From an uncultured Spirochaetota bacterium (lineage in GTDB: Bacteria; Spirochaetota; Brevinematia; Brevinematales; JAOACQ01): a stretch of DNA of 64,000 nucleotides. Of this stretch, positions 10,287 through 20,134 are shown piece by piece (the first letter of the stretch is position 1; every line of letters starts with the position of its first letter). The stretch lies in NCBI GenBank assembly GCA_963768055.1, contig CAVYGN010000002.1, positions 32,001 through 96,000 of the forward strand. The letters run 5' to 3'. The position numbers and the translations under genes are program-made. The notes below the pieces were generated by a model. It saw nothing but the letters and a program-made list of their open reading frames with translations. It was not told the DNA's origin and did not search any database.

Positions 10287-10991
10287 TTATTTCCATGTCC
10301 TTGATTCTATGATGGTCTTTGAAGAGTATAAGAAAATAAACGCGCCGATTATAAAGTACAGGACATCTTTAATGTTAATCAGGCCTGAAGCGAACTGGTA
10401 ATAATGGTTTGAATATGAAATTTCCTTGAACACCCCTGACAGCGGATTATCGTAAGAATTTGCGAAAATAGATACGATCATGAAAAGAAGAATGAACAGG
10501 AAAGATATAAGCGCTGCAACTACATAATTATCAGTAAGGGCGGAAGCAAGCATTCCGATCGATGCAAAAAGGATTGCCGAAAATAGAATTCCCAGGTAGC
10601 CCGAGAATACTGCGCCCCACTCGATCGAGGTTATAAACATGAGGATCAGCGGAAAAATAAGAAATATGGTATCCGCCAGCAATATAAATATGACGACGCT
10701 CAGGAATTTTCCGAAAACGATCCCCCATGACGTTACGGGAGAAGTCAGAAGAAGTTCATAAGTGCCGAGTTTTTTATCCTCCGATAGAAGGCGGATAGCC
10801 AGGACAGGAATTATGAAGAGAGAAACTGTGTTCATATCTGAAAAAAAAGAGGAAAAGTCGCTTGTGTTCCTTGCACCCAAAAAGTAAAGGTTGAACAGGA
10901 TAACGGACATAATAAGATAAACACCCATTACCATGTAACCCATCCAGGAAGTAAAATAAATCCTTAGTTCCTTTTTCAGAATTGCCGTCAT
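10287..10991 (-). CDS. ABC-2 type permease (GldF-like)
   Basis: KKELR.YF, RLLSEDKKLGTYELLLTSPV, GKFL; multi-TM. Confidence 0.88.
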   Translation of the reverse strand: MTAILKKELRIYFTSWMGYMVMGVYLIMSVILFNLYFLGARNTSDFSSFFSDMNTVSLFIIPVLAIRLLSEDKKLGTYELLLTSPVTSWGIVFGKFLSVVIFILLADTIFLIFPLILMFITSIEWGAVFSGYLGILFSAILFASIGMLASALTDNYVVAALISFLFILLFMIVSIFANSYDNPLSGVFKEISYSNHYYQFASGLINIKDVLYFIIGAFIFLYSSKTIIESRTWK

Positions 10992-11911
10992 ACACTCACC
11001 TGCCGGACCAGGCTTATAAAGATCTCCTCGAGGGAAATCTCGTTATTGGCCATTTGAAGGAGTCCGTACCCGTTTTTAACTATCGTTTCAGCTATATCCT
11101 CGCGGATATCTTTTGAGGTTTTCACTAATATTCCGGATTTTTCCTCACTGGCGCTTATGACGCCGGACATTTTCGAAAGAAGCTTAACAAGCTCTCCGGA
11201 GTTATTGCGTACTTGTATAGAGAGGGACAATTCCATTATTTCCTTTTGTTTTAAGTGATCTATCGTATCGAGGGCGACGATCTTTCCATTGTGAATTATT
11301 ATAGCTTTTTCGCAAATCTCCTCCGCTTCCGCGAGAAGATGAGTCGAAAGAATAACGGTCCTGTCCTCGGTTTTGGCGAGAGTTTTTATAAGGTTCCTTA
11401 TCTCAACCACCTGCACCGGGTCGAGCCCTACCGTAGGTTCATCCATTATTATCAATCTGGGTGAATTGACAATGCACTGTGCTATTCCCACCCTCTGTTT
11501 GAAGCCCTTGGAAAGCAGGCCGATCATAGTGTTTCTCCTATCCAGTATATCGGTCGCTTCCATAACCTCTTCAACCTTCTTCCTGATATCGTTTTTCCTG
11601 AGGCCTTTTATTTCGGCTACAAACGAAAGATACTCGAATACTGTGAGGTCCGGGTAAAGCGGCGGCGATTCGGGCAGGTAACCTGTAATGGCCTTGACCC
11701 TTTTCGGTTCCTCGAAAATATCAAGCCCGTCGATCATTATTTCTCCGCTGGTCGGCGCCATAAAACCGGTGATTATCCGCATGGTGGTCGTCTTCCCGGC
11801 CCCATTCGGGCCAAGGAAAGCGGCGATATCTCCTTTCCCGATTTCAAAAGAAATGCCTGAAAGGGCCTGGAAATTCCCGTAATTCTTGTAAAGATTTTTA
11901 ACACTGACCAT
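10988..11911 (-). CDS. ABC transporter ATP-binding protein (GldA-like)
   Basis: GPNGAGKTT, LSKGFKQRVG, IMDEPTVGLD, LSTH. Confidence 0.92.
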   Translation of the reverse strand: MVSVKNLYKNYGNFQALSGISFEIGKGDIAAFLGPNGAGKTTTMRIITGFMAPTSGEIMIDGLDIFEEPKRVKAITGYLPESPPLYPDLTVFEYLSFVAEIKGLRKNDIRKKVEEVMEATDILDRRNTMIGLLSKGFKQRVGIAQCIVNSPRLIIMDEPTVGLDPVQVVEIRNLIKTLAKTEDRTVILSTHLLAEAEEICEKAIIIHNGKIVALDTIDHLKQKEIMELSLSIQVRNNSGELVKLLSKMSGVISASEEKSGILVKTSKDIREDIAETIVKNGYGLLQMANNEISLEEIFISLVRQVSV

Positions 11912-12001
11912 CCGGCACTCCGTAAAAACAGCATAGATTTTAAATCATTTTTTCATATTTTAAAAGTTATTTGGATAAAATAGTTCTGCCGTCTTTGCCG
12001 G

Positions 12002-12457
12002 CTATTGAAATGCCACATTGGTAATATTGCCCGGATCGCTGTAGATATTATATTCGCCGCTATAAGCCTTGACGAAAAAATAATAAGTAGTACCGGACTG
12101 AAGACTTGAGTTGTTGGTGTAGTGTGTAACCGTGAAACTAAATTGCTGGGCCGAAGTCGACGGCACAACATTGTATATAGTCGGTTTACCCGCACGCCCG
12201 TCACTATTGAGAAGGACCATAGCGTTTGAACCTTCCAGGTCGTTGATCGTCTCCGCCATGTATATGTAATAACCGCTGAAAAACGATTCGTCGTTCTCGC
12301 CCCAGAACTGGAGAAGGATCTGGCTGTTTGTCTCGACGGCGGTAAGCCCAAGGGGTGAAGACAGGGTGTTCACCGGCTGGTAACCCTCGATGCCGCATCC
12401 CGCACAACACAAAAACATAAAGGCGGCCATAAAAAACATAAGGATATGTTTATTCAT
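12002..12457 (-). CDS. Hypothetical lipoprotein, FN3-like; paralog of neighbour
   Basis: Lipobox CAGC; shares LSSPL.L, LQF.G.N.ES.FSGY and YYF.V.AYS with 12461..12955. Confidence 0.7.
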   Translation of the reverse strand: MNKHILMFFMAAFMFLCCAGCGIEGYQPVNTLSSPLGLTAVETNSQILLQFWGENDESFFSGYYIYMAETINDLEGSNAMVLLNSDGRAGKPTIYNVVPSTSAQQFSFTVTHYTNNSSLQSGTTYYFFVKAYSGEYNIYSDPGNITNVAFQ

Positions 12458-12460
12458 GTT

Positions 12461-12955
12461 TCAAGGTCCTATGTAATTAGTGCCCGCTATTTCGCTGGGC
12501 AGGCTGTTTGTACCGTATTGAGAACTGTAGGCCTCAACAATAAAATAATAAACCGTTTTTCCGTCGTTTGCAAGGATATAAGGTGATATCATATCGCTGT
12601 AAACGCTCAAAGTATATGTAGTTTCGCCGCTTACCGGGGCTGAAACAGGCAGAGTCAACAGGTTAGTATCGCCTGAAGAGATAGAAGGGTTATATACATT
12701 CACCCAATTTGTTGAACCGGAATTTATATTTGTATTCGTCGAAAAGAACACCATATATCCGGAAAAGTAACTTTCCTTGTTGAATCCCTCGAACTGGAGG
12801 CTGATGAAGTCGTCGTTTGTAGAGGAAGCCACCTGGAGCGCAAGCGGCGATGAAAGGTGTATTACCTGCTGGTATTGCTGAACATCGCAACCTGAAAAAA
12901 TAAATAGAACCGGCAGCAACAGCGAAAAGAAAAATAATAATAATAATCTTCTCAC
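12461..12955 (-). CDS. Hypothetical lipoprotein, FN3-like; paralog of neighbour
   Basis: Lipobox FSGC; same shared blocks as 12002..12457. Confidence 0.7.
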   Translation of the reverse strand: MRRLLLLFFFSLLLPVLFIFSGCDVQQYQQVIHLSSPLALQVASSTNDDFISLQFEGFNKESYFSGYMVFFSTNTNINSGSTNWVNVYNPSISSGDTNLLTLPVSAPVSGETTYTLSVYSDMISPYILANDGKTVYYFIVEAYSSQYGTNSLPSEIAGTNYIGP

Positions 12956-12974
12956 TTTTTGCCTTCTGCCCGAC

Positions 12975-15053
12975 CTATTTGGTTTCCGCTATGGAAATTC
13001 GCTTTTTCTCGTCAATATCTATAACTTTCGCCATAACCTTGTCGCCAATCTTGTATGCTTCCTTCGGATTTTTCCTTTCCAGGAAATTGGATTTGTGTAT
13101 AAGGCCTGTTTGCCCTGGAACCAGTTCGACAAAAATCCCGTATTCTTCGATGCGTGTAACATGCCCCTCGACCACATCCCCCCTGTTGAAACCGTTGACT
13201 ATGTGATTGACTATATATACGGCCCTTTCGATCTTCGATTCTTCCTTTGAGGTTATCATCACCTTGCCGTTATCTTCAATTGAAATATTCACGCCCGTCT
13301 CGGCCATAATCTTTTTGATCGTCCGTCCGCCGCCGCCAATTACCGACCCTATCTCGTTTTCAGGGATAGTGATGGTCCTGATCTTCGGCGCATTCTCAGA
13401 TAGAGAATCGCGGGGGCTTGAAATCGCTTCGTTCATTTTACCCAGGATAAACTCTTTACCTTCCAGGGCCTGGTTCAAAGCCTTTTCCATAATATTAAAA
13501 GGCAGTCCGGCTGTCTTGACGTCCATCTGGAAGGCTGTAATTCCCTCGGCCGATCCGGCTATCTTGAAGTCCATATCGCCGTAATGGTCTTCAACACCCT
13601 GAATATCCGACAAAACCTGGAATTTACCGCTTGCCTTGTCCCATACAAGCCCCATGGCTATGCCCGCTATCTGTTTTTTTATCGGTACGCCTGTCGCCAT
13701 AAGCGCCAGGCTTAAACTGCAAACCGTCGCCATGGATGAAGATCCGTTGGACTCAAGTATTTCCGAAACTAACCTTATTGTATATGGAAAAACCTCTTCG
13801 GTAGGAAGGACGGCTTCAATAGCCCTCTTTGCAAGGTTGCCATGCCCTATCTCTCTTCTGGACGTCATCAGGGATTTCTTGACCTCGCCGGTGCTGAACG
13901 GAGGAAAATTATAATGCAGCATAAAACGTTTCGCTTCGTCTTCTTCAAGGCTGTCTACATACTGAACATCGCTCGAAGAACCAAGAGTAACTATTCCAAG
14001 GCTCTGGGTCTGGCCTCTTGTGAAAAGCGCCGAACCATGGACATTTTCAAGGAAGTCCAATTCGATTGAAATCGGCCTGATCTCATCAGGTTTCCTGCCG
14101 TCGGGCCTAAGGCCTTCTTCTACTATCTGGCTGCGGATAATTTCCACTTCTATTTCTTCAAGGAATGATTTAGCCTCTTTGTAACATTCGCTTTCCTTTG
14201 TGATCTCGAACTTTTGAAGCACCGCATCGAAAGCCCCGGCCATTTTCTTCGAACGGTCTTTTTTATCGGGGTTTACGCTTGCCGATTTGATCAGGCCGAA
14301 CCCGAAAGCCTTCATCTTTTCTTTAGTATCACTGTCAAGAAGGCATTTAATTTCCTCAGGAACGATTTTCTGAGGATTTACCATCGCGCAAAGCTCCTCT
14401 ATCATTTCTATTTCATCAATTATGTATTTTTCCGCCAGTTTCAGGGCTTCAAGCAGGATGGATTTATCCACCTCTTTAGACCCTCCCTCCACCATTGTAA
14501 TGCCCTCTTTTGTTCCGGCGGCCACGATGTCCAATTCCGAGTTGTCGACATCTTCGATGGACGGATTAACGATAAAATTCCCGCCTTTATATACTACCCT
14601 TATGCCTCCTACAGGCTGGAGAAGGGGTATCGGCGATATCGAAAGGGCGGCAGAAGCTCCGACAATTCCGAGAATATCGGTGGAATAAACCTGGTCCGCT
14701 GAAAGCGTCGTGGCTATTACCTGGACTTCGTTAAAGAAGTTTTTAGGGAAAAGAGGCCGCAGCGGCCGGTCTATAAGCCTGGAAACAAGGATCTCTTTCT
14801 CGCTGGGTTTACCCTCTCTTTTAATATATCCGCCGGGGATCTTACCCGCAGCATAAAGTTTTTCGATATAATTGACGGTCATGGGGAAAAAATCCATATT
14901 CTCGGGAACTATTTCCGACATACAGGCTGTAACAAGAACAGCGTTTCCGCCGTATTTGACTACTACTGATCCGTTGGCAAGCTTCGCCACTTTACCGGTT
15001 TCAATTATTATATCTTTCTCTCCGATCTTTCTTTTTACCTGGAAAAAACTCAT
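12975..15053 (-). CDS. pnp: Polyribonucleotide nucleotidyltransferase (PNPase)
   Basis: RLIDRPLRPLF, RREIGHG, SNGSSSMA, GDMDFK, KH and S1 domains; start at MSFF after AGGAG. Confidence 0.97.
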   Translation of the reverse strand: MSFFQVKRKIGEKDIIIETGKVAKLANGSVVVKYGGNAVLVTACMSEIVPENMDFFPMTVNYIEKLYAAGKIPGGYIKREGKPSEKEILVSRLIDRPLRPLFPKNFFNEVQVIATTLSADQVYSTDILGIVGASAALSISPIPLLQPVGGIRVVYKGGNFIVNPSIEDVDNSELDIVAAGTKEGITMVEGGSKEVDKSILLEALKLAEKYIIDEIEMIEELCAMVNPQKIVPEEIKCLLDSDTKEKMKAFGFGLIKSASVNPDKKDRSKKMAGAFDAVLQKFEITKESECYKEAKSFLEEIEVEIIRSQIVEEGLRPDGRKPDEIRPISIELDFLENVHGSALFTRGQTQSLGIVTLGSSSDVQYVDSLEEDEAKRFMLHYNFPPFSTGEVKKSLMTSRREIGHGNLAKRAIEAVLPTEEVFPYTIRLVSEILESNGSSSMATVCSLSLALMATGVPIKKQIAGIAMGLVWDKASGKFQVLSDIQGVEDHYGDMDFKIAGSAEGITAFQMDVKTAGLPFNIMEKALNQALEGKEFILGKMNEAISSPRDSLSENAPKIRTITIPENEIGSVIGGGGRTIKKIMAETGVNISIEDNGKVMITSKEESKIERAVYIVNHIVNGFNRGDVVEGHVTRIEEYGIFVELVPGQTGLIHKSNFLERKNPKEAYKIGDKVMAKVIDIDEKKRISIAETK

Positions 15054-15093
15054 ACCATCTCCTTTTCCTGTGATCATGCCGGTAAATAAAAAA

Positions 15094-15360
15094 CTATTTT
15101 AATTTTAATTTAGTAATAACGTTATGATAACTGGTAGGATTTTTTACCTGGAGGTAGCGTAAAAGCCTCCTCCTCCTGCCTATCAGACGGAGCAAGCCTC
15201 TTTTGGAATTATTGTCCTTTTTAAAATGTTTGAAATGCTCTGTAAGATTGTTTATTTTCTGGGACATTATCGCGATTTGAACCTCGGATGAACCCGTATC
15301 TTTTTCATGTTTCGAAAATTTTCCAATTATCGTTTTCTTATCGGTGCTGGTTATAGGCAT
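15094..15360 (-). CDS. rpsO: 30S ribosomal protein S15
   Basis: DTGSSEVQIA, KKDNNSKRGLL; directly upstream of pnp. Confidence 0.96.
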   Translation of the reverse strand: MPITSTDKKTIIGKFSKHEKDTGSSEVQIAIMSQKINNLTEHFKHFKKDNNSKRGLLRLIGRRRRLLRYLQVKNPTSYHNVITKLKLK

Positions 15361-15398
15361 AAACTCTCCTCCAAAACAATTGTTTGTTAATGTTAAAA

Positions 15399-16367
15399 TT
15401 ATAAAAAAATACCCGTTTCAGGCAGTTTCCCTGCGTTCTTATACTCCGAGTATAGTTTAATAACCTTACTCTTATCATTATAAATGTTTTTTTGTAAATC
15501 ATCAAGATTATGAAATTTTTTTTCATTTCTTATCTTTTTTATAAATAAAACCGTGTAGTTCACCCCGTCCATGACCTTCCCGGGGTCGCCGTCAAAATCA
15601 ATGATATTTGTCTCGTTGCGCATCTCATGACTTTCCATCGACGGACGCGTACCGATATAAGTCATCGCGGGATAAAGCCTGTCTTCCAGATAAAACAGAC
15701 TGAAATAAACCCCGGCTTGCGGCAGGATTTGCCTGTTTATCTCGAGATTTATAGTAGGGTAACCTGTTCTTTCGCCGATTCCGTCACCCTTTATTTTTCT
15801 TGAGGAGATAAAATAAGGCCTTCCAAGAAGCCCGGCTGCCAGTTCAAGATCTCCTTCGATGATTTTTTCCCTTATAAGGCTCGAGCTTACAGTAACTAAA
15901 TTACATTTCAGCTTTTCAACGACCTTCAGCGTAAAAAAACCCTCCCTTTCGAAAGACTTGAGGGTATGGATGTTCCCCAGGTTCCCCCTGCCGAACCTGA
16001 AATCAGGGCCGACATAAAAATGAAGTTTTTCGATCCTATCCATAAATAATTTTACAAAATCATGCGCTTCCATGCCGGCGACGCTTTTAAAATCGAGGGA
16101 AACGATATTGTCGATTCCCGCCTGGGACAGGGCCTTCTTTTTATAGCCGTCCGGGAACAGATAACCTTTGAATCTTCCCGGATTTACTATAAGCGAAGTC
16201 GATTCCTCGAAGGTAACGGCTATTGCCGGGGCGCCCCGGGCGTCTTTCTTCATCGACTCAATGATTTTCCGGTGGCCAAGATGCAGGCCGTCGAAATTTC
16301 CTATAGTCACATAGGCCTCATCATAGCTTTTCAGCAGTTTAATATTATCTGTTATAACTGCGTTCAT
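15399..16367 (-). CDS. ribF: Bifunctional riboflavin kinase/FAD synthetase
   Basis: IGNFDGLHLGH, VSSSLIR, GYPTIN, GTRPS; ATG at 16367 overlaps the murJ stop. Confidence 0.92.
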   Translation of the reverse strand: MNAVITDNIKLLKSYDEAYVTIGNFDGLHLGHRKIIESMKKDARGAPAIAVTFEESTSLIVNPGRFKGYLFPDGYKKKALSQAGIDNIVSLDFKSVAGMEAHDFVKLFMDRIEKLHFYVGPDFRFGRGNLGNIHTLKSFEREGFFTLKVVEKLKCNLVTVSSSLIREKIIEGDLELAAGLLGRPYFISSRKIKGDGIGERTGYPTINLEINRQILPQAGVYFSLFYLEDRLYPAMTYIGTRPSMESHEMRNETNIIDFDGDPGKVMDGVNYTVLFIKKIRNEKKFHNLDDLQKNIYNDKSKVIKLYSEYKNAGKLPETGIFL

Positions 16368-17917
16368 CGTTTCAAATCCATTTTTAATATCCTGGTAATA
16401 ATATAGTAAAATAAAGCGAATAAAAGAAATTCCGAAGCGGCAAGGCATAGAGCTAATAATGCATTCTGCATAGGCTGATATAGAAACCTGTGAACAGGAT
16501 ATATAAAGGCGCATGCGGCTAATGAAATCAGGAAAAAGATAAGGGATTTGCCGAACAGCCCGGAATTTTTCAGGTCAACCCGGCCCGTCTTTCTCAGGCG
16601 GAAGACATAATAAACCAGGGTCATCCAGCTTGCCGTCATGTCGGCCGCGAAAACGCCGTAAAAGGATATTTCCGGCAGAAAAGAACTGAAATACAGCCCG
16701 ATCGAGAGGATAAATATTATTATATTCGCCCTTAAAGGCGTTCCGGCGTCATGAAGCGAATAAAACACCCTTTCGAGGATCATCATCAGCCCGAGAGGAA
16801 GAAGGGCGGCGGAATACAGGGTTACAGCGGTGTAATGGCTTACCAGGAGTTCGTTCGTAAATTTTCCGGTTGAATGCGCCAGGAATCTTGTGATGTCGCG
16901 GAAGATGGAATTCGTCACGGTGTCGGGGTACAGGGCGAAAAATACCGCAAGAGGTATCATCAGGTAGAGGATAATGTTGAATCCTTCCGATAGGGACCGG
17001 TTATAGCTGGCGCTGTCCGATTGCACGCTGAATTTAGAGAGAAGGGGCATCATGACCGTGCCGACCGCCCACCCGATTATGCCAAGCGGGGCCTGCATGA
17101 TAAGATAGGCGTTCATGTATATTGTGGCGCTCCCCAGGAAGAATGAAAGAAATATGGAAGTGGCGTAAAACTTGACCGTGATGACGACCTGGTTCAATGC
17201 GGTGGGTTTGAAAAGCTTCATGAAATCGATAAGATACCTGTCCCTGAAATCCAGGACAAGGCTGTATCTGAATCCGATTTTTCGAAGTTCGAAAAGCTGA
17301 ATCAGGACCATTAATACCGAACCGGCGACTACCGCTATGCCGAGTGAATATATGCCGATGCTTTTAACGAAAAGGATCGGAATGATCATGAAGACTATAT
17401 TTGAAAAAAACGGGGCAAAAGCCGAGGCTATGAATTTTTTATGCGAATTAAGGACCCCCATAATGAGCCCGAAGAGTGAAATGAAAATAAGATACGGCAT
17501 CATGATCATGGTAAGAATAATATTCTCCCGGAGGATCTCGCTGCCGGATTTATATCCCGGGACAAGGAATGGGGCGTAAAAAGGGGCTAAAGCTGCACCT
17601 GCGACTACCAGCGCCGCATTGATAATTATGAATATATTAATGATATTCGAGGCGAACCTGAACGCGGTTTTGTTCTTTTCGTCGGCATCCTCGTGAAGAG
17701 TTTTTTGAAAAACAGGTATGAAAGCGTTAGTCAGCGCACCCTCGCCTATATACCTGCTGAAAGAATTTACCAGCCGGAATGCCATCCAGAAGGGGTCCTG
17801 GCCGGTCCCGAAGAGGTAATTTGAGACGTTCTGCTTTAAAACCCCTGTGACCCGGGAAAAAAACGTCCCGATCGAGTTTACCAGGGTATGCCGGTAGGAT
17901 ACAAGCCTGTTAGCCAT
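16364..17917 (-). CDS. murJ: Lipid II flippase MurJ (MviN)
   Basis: SRVTG, EGALTNAFIPVF, GVLNS, FYSLHDAGTP; many TM helices. Confidence 0.9.
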   Translation of the reverse strand: MANRLVSYRHTLVNSIGTFFSRVTGVLKQNVSNYLFGTGQDPFWMAFRLVNSFSRYIGEGALTNAFIPVFQKTLHEDADEKNKTAFRFASNIINIFIIINAALVVAGAALAPFYAPFLVPGYKSGSEILRENIILTMIMMPYLIFISLFGLIMGVLNSHKKFIASAFAPFFSNIVFMIIPILFVKSIGIYSLGIAVVAGSVLMVLIQLFELRKIGFRYSLVLDFRDRYLIDFMKLFKPTALNQVVITVKFYATSIFLSFFLGSATIYMNAYLIMQAPLGIIGWAVGTVMMPLLSKFSVQSDSASYNRSLSEGFNIILYLMIPLAVFFALYPDTVTNSIFRDITRFLAHSTGKFTNELLVSHYTAVTLYSAALLPLGLMMILERVFYSLHDAGTPLRANIIIFILSIGLYFSSFLPEISFYGVFAADMTASWMTLVYYVFRLRKTGRVDLKNSGLFGKSLIFFLISLAACAFIYPVHRFLYQPMQNALLALCLAASEFLLFALFYYIITRILKMDLKR

Positions 17918-17925
17918 GCGCCGCT

Positions 17926-18807
17926 CTAAACGAGCCCTCCGGCTTTAAGCGCTGCAGAAAGTTTTTCGAGGTTTTCATTTTTTAGAGGGCATAAGGGCAG
18001 CCTGAATTCAACGGCGCCGATCAGCCCCATCAGGTAAGCCGCAGTTTTGACCGGTATGGGGCTCGTTTCCAGGAACATCGCCCTGTGAATGGGCATAAGC
18101 GAAAAATTTATCGCCCTGGCTTTTTCAAGATCCCCGGCAAAAAAGCTCTTGACCAGATCGCTCGACAGCCTCGGCGCTATGTTAGAGGTCACGGAGACAG
18201 TCCCTTTTCCCCCTACTGACAGCATGGGCAGATTGAGAAAATCATCGCCGGACAGCATAATAAATCCGGATTTCGAATACTCCACTATCTCGGCGGCCTG
18301 CTGGAGGTTCGTAGCCTCCTTTATGCCTATGATCCGGGGAATCAGCGACAGCCTGGCCGTAGTTTCCGGGAGCATATTCACGCCTGTCCTTCCGGGTATG
18401 TTGTACATTATCATAGGCAGGTCGACAGCGGCGGCGATTTCCGCAAAATGCCTGTAAAGGCCCTCCTGCGTCGGCTTGTTGTAATAGGGAGTGATGGAGA
18501 GGTGGGCGTCCGCGCCCGAGGCTTTCGCGCTGCGGGCCAGGTCGACGGCTTCCATTGTCGAATTGGAGCCCGTGCCAGCGATGACCGGTATGCGCCCATT
18601 GACCTTTTTAACAGTAAAATCTATAACTTCTTCATGCTCTTTTGTAGTAAGGGTAGCCGATTCGCCTGTAGTCCCGCATGGTACAAGCCCGTCGCTCCCG
18701 TTGCCGATCTGAAATTCGATTAATTTTTCAAGGCTTTCGTAATCTACTTCGCCGTTTTTAAAGGGGGTGATAATTGCGGTGATAGAGCCCCCGATCGTTC
18801 CGGTCAT
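17926..18807 (-). CDS. dapA: 4-hydroxy-tetrahydrodipicolinate synthase
   Basis: AIITPF, GTTGES, PYYNKP, YNIPGRTG, GIKEA; start at MTG after GGAGG. Confidence 0.96.
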   Translation of the reverse strand: MTGTIGGSITAIITPFKNGEVDYESLEKLIEFQIGNGSDGLVPCGTTGESATLTTKEHEEVIDFTVKKVNGRIPVIAGTGSNSTMEAVDLARSAKASGADAHLSITPYYNKPTQEGLYRHFAEIAAAVDLPMIMYNIPGRTGVNMLPETTARLSLIPRIIGIKEATNLQQAAEIVEYSKSGFIMLSGDDFLNLPMLSVGGKGTVSVTSNIAPRLSSDLVKSFFAGDLEKARAINFSLMPIHRAMFLETSPIPVKTAAYLMGLIGAVEFRLPLCPLKNENLEKLSAALKAGGLV

Positions 18808-19006
18808 GGCTATCCTCCGTTTATTCAATACAAGATGATATAAAAAGGCCGGAGATTAGTCAAATGAATGCCGGTTTGCGATTTACTTTGGATCCGCTGA
18901 ACGCCGTATCTATCAAAAAACTGTTCGTAGACTCCAAATGGCATATCGTGTAATTTCAGGGGTTGTGTATCCTAAGGCATTATAACAAATAAATTACCTA
19001 TTTATA

Positions 19007-20134
19007 TCAAGTACAGATATCACCAAGTCTGTTTTCCAGAATACCCTTTTTTATCTCCATTGCTATCCTTTCACCGTAGCTGATAGAATCACCATAAAGG
19101 TACCCGGAATAAGGTGTAAATAAAGTGCCTGGACTTCCTGGTATTCGGAGTGATACATCAAATACAACTAGATCCTCTTTACCATGTTCTGCTGTAATTG
19201 CGCCCTGAAGGGCAAATGGGCCGATGATTCCCGGGGAATGTTCTTTTTTTGTTGTTTCAGTAAATCGTTCGCCTGCCTCAAAAGCCTTTTCCAATAAAGA
19301 TTCCTTTACAGTGCAAGTTATATGACCGGTTTCAATATATTTCAATTCGAAATATTTCATTACTTCCAGCTGTTCAGGAACAGGGAGTCTTAAGATCCCA
19401 TCCAGATTTGTTTGCCTTCTGGTGTCTGTTCCCATTAATTCTAATTCGTCTTCTAAAACGGAATAAAAAAAATTGAAATTTACCTGAGCCCCTATTATAT
19501 ACTCTTCAATAACAGCTTGAGATAAAGCACTGTCGGTAATGACCCCTTTCTGTAACAATTCCCGGGATTTTGATTGATAACTTTCATAATCATGAGCAAA
19601 GAAGAATGACCTTTCGTATGTTCGCATTGCCTCAGGCGCTTTAACGATACAAAGTTTGTTGATATCCTGAGGATGTTCGAAAATATACGGAATCCGGATG
19701 CCTGCTTTTTTAAGAAGGACATACTGGTTATTTGGGGTGTTTCTTTCTTCGAGTTTCAGGATCGATCGAGTCCCGAAAATGGGTATATAGAACTCATTTT
19801 CTATTTTATTAAAATCAAAGTATACCCAGAAATACCTGTTGTGAATAAAAATCGTATTCATACTTCTCAATGATTCCTGGACTTCCGGCCGGATGATGTC
19901 GGCAAATTTATCTAATATAATTGTATCATCAACGATTCCTTTATTGCCTCTGGCCTTATAGTATCTGGAATAAGTTTGTTCTCTGCCAGCCTGGCAGACT
20001 ACAACAGTTCTGAAACCAACTTTTTTAGCCCCCCTGCAGACATCCAATGCAGAATGCCCTCCCAGAACACCTATAGTAATATTTTTATTATCATATTGGT
20101 CCAGTAATCGTTGAATTTCAATTCTTTTTATCAT
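19007..20134 (-). CDS. PurP-family ATP-grasp protein (formate-dependent FAICAR synthetase-like), intact copy
   Basis: GGHSALDVCRGAKK.GF, ERSFF, IEEYIIG, DTRRQTNLDG, GH..CTVKESLL, IGPFALQ, FDVSLRIPGSP, GERIAMEI. Confidence 0.85.
   Translation of the reverse strand: MIKRIEIQRLLDQYDNKNITIGVLGGHSALDVCRGAKKVGFRTVVVCQAGREQTYSRYYKARGNKGIVDDTIILDKFADIIRPEVQESLRSMNTIFIHNRYFWVYFDFNKIENEFYIPIFGTRSILKLEERNTPNNQYVLLKKAGIRIPYIFEHPQDINKLCIVKAPEAMRTYERSFFFAHDYESYQSKSRELLQKGVITDSALSQAVIEEYIIGAQVNFNFFYSVLEDELELMGTDTRRQTNLDGILRLPVPEQLEVMKYFELKYIETGHITCTVKESLLEKAFEAGERFTETTKKEHSPGIIGPFALQGAITAEHGKEDLVVFDVSLRIPGSPGTLFTPYSGYLYGDSISYGERIAMEIKKGILENRLGDICT

Noticed and set aside
15399..16514. 371-aa RibF with N-terminal extension
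   Set aside because: The extension overlaps murJ by about 150 bp; the ATG at 16367 coupled to the murJ stop is more plausible.
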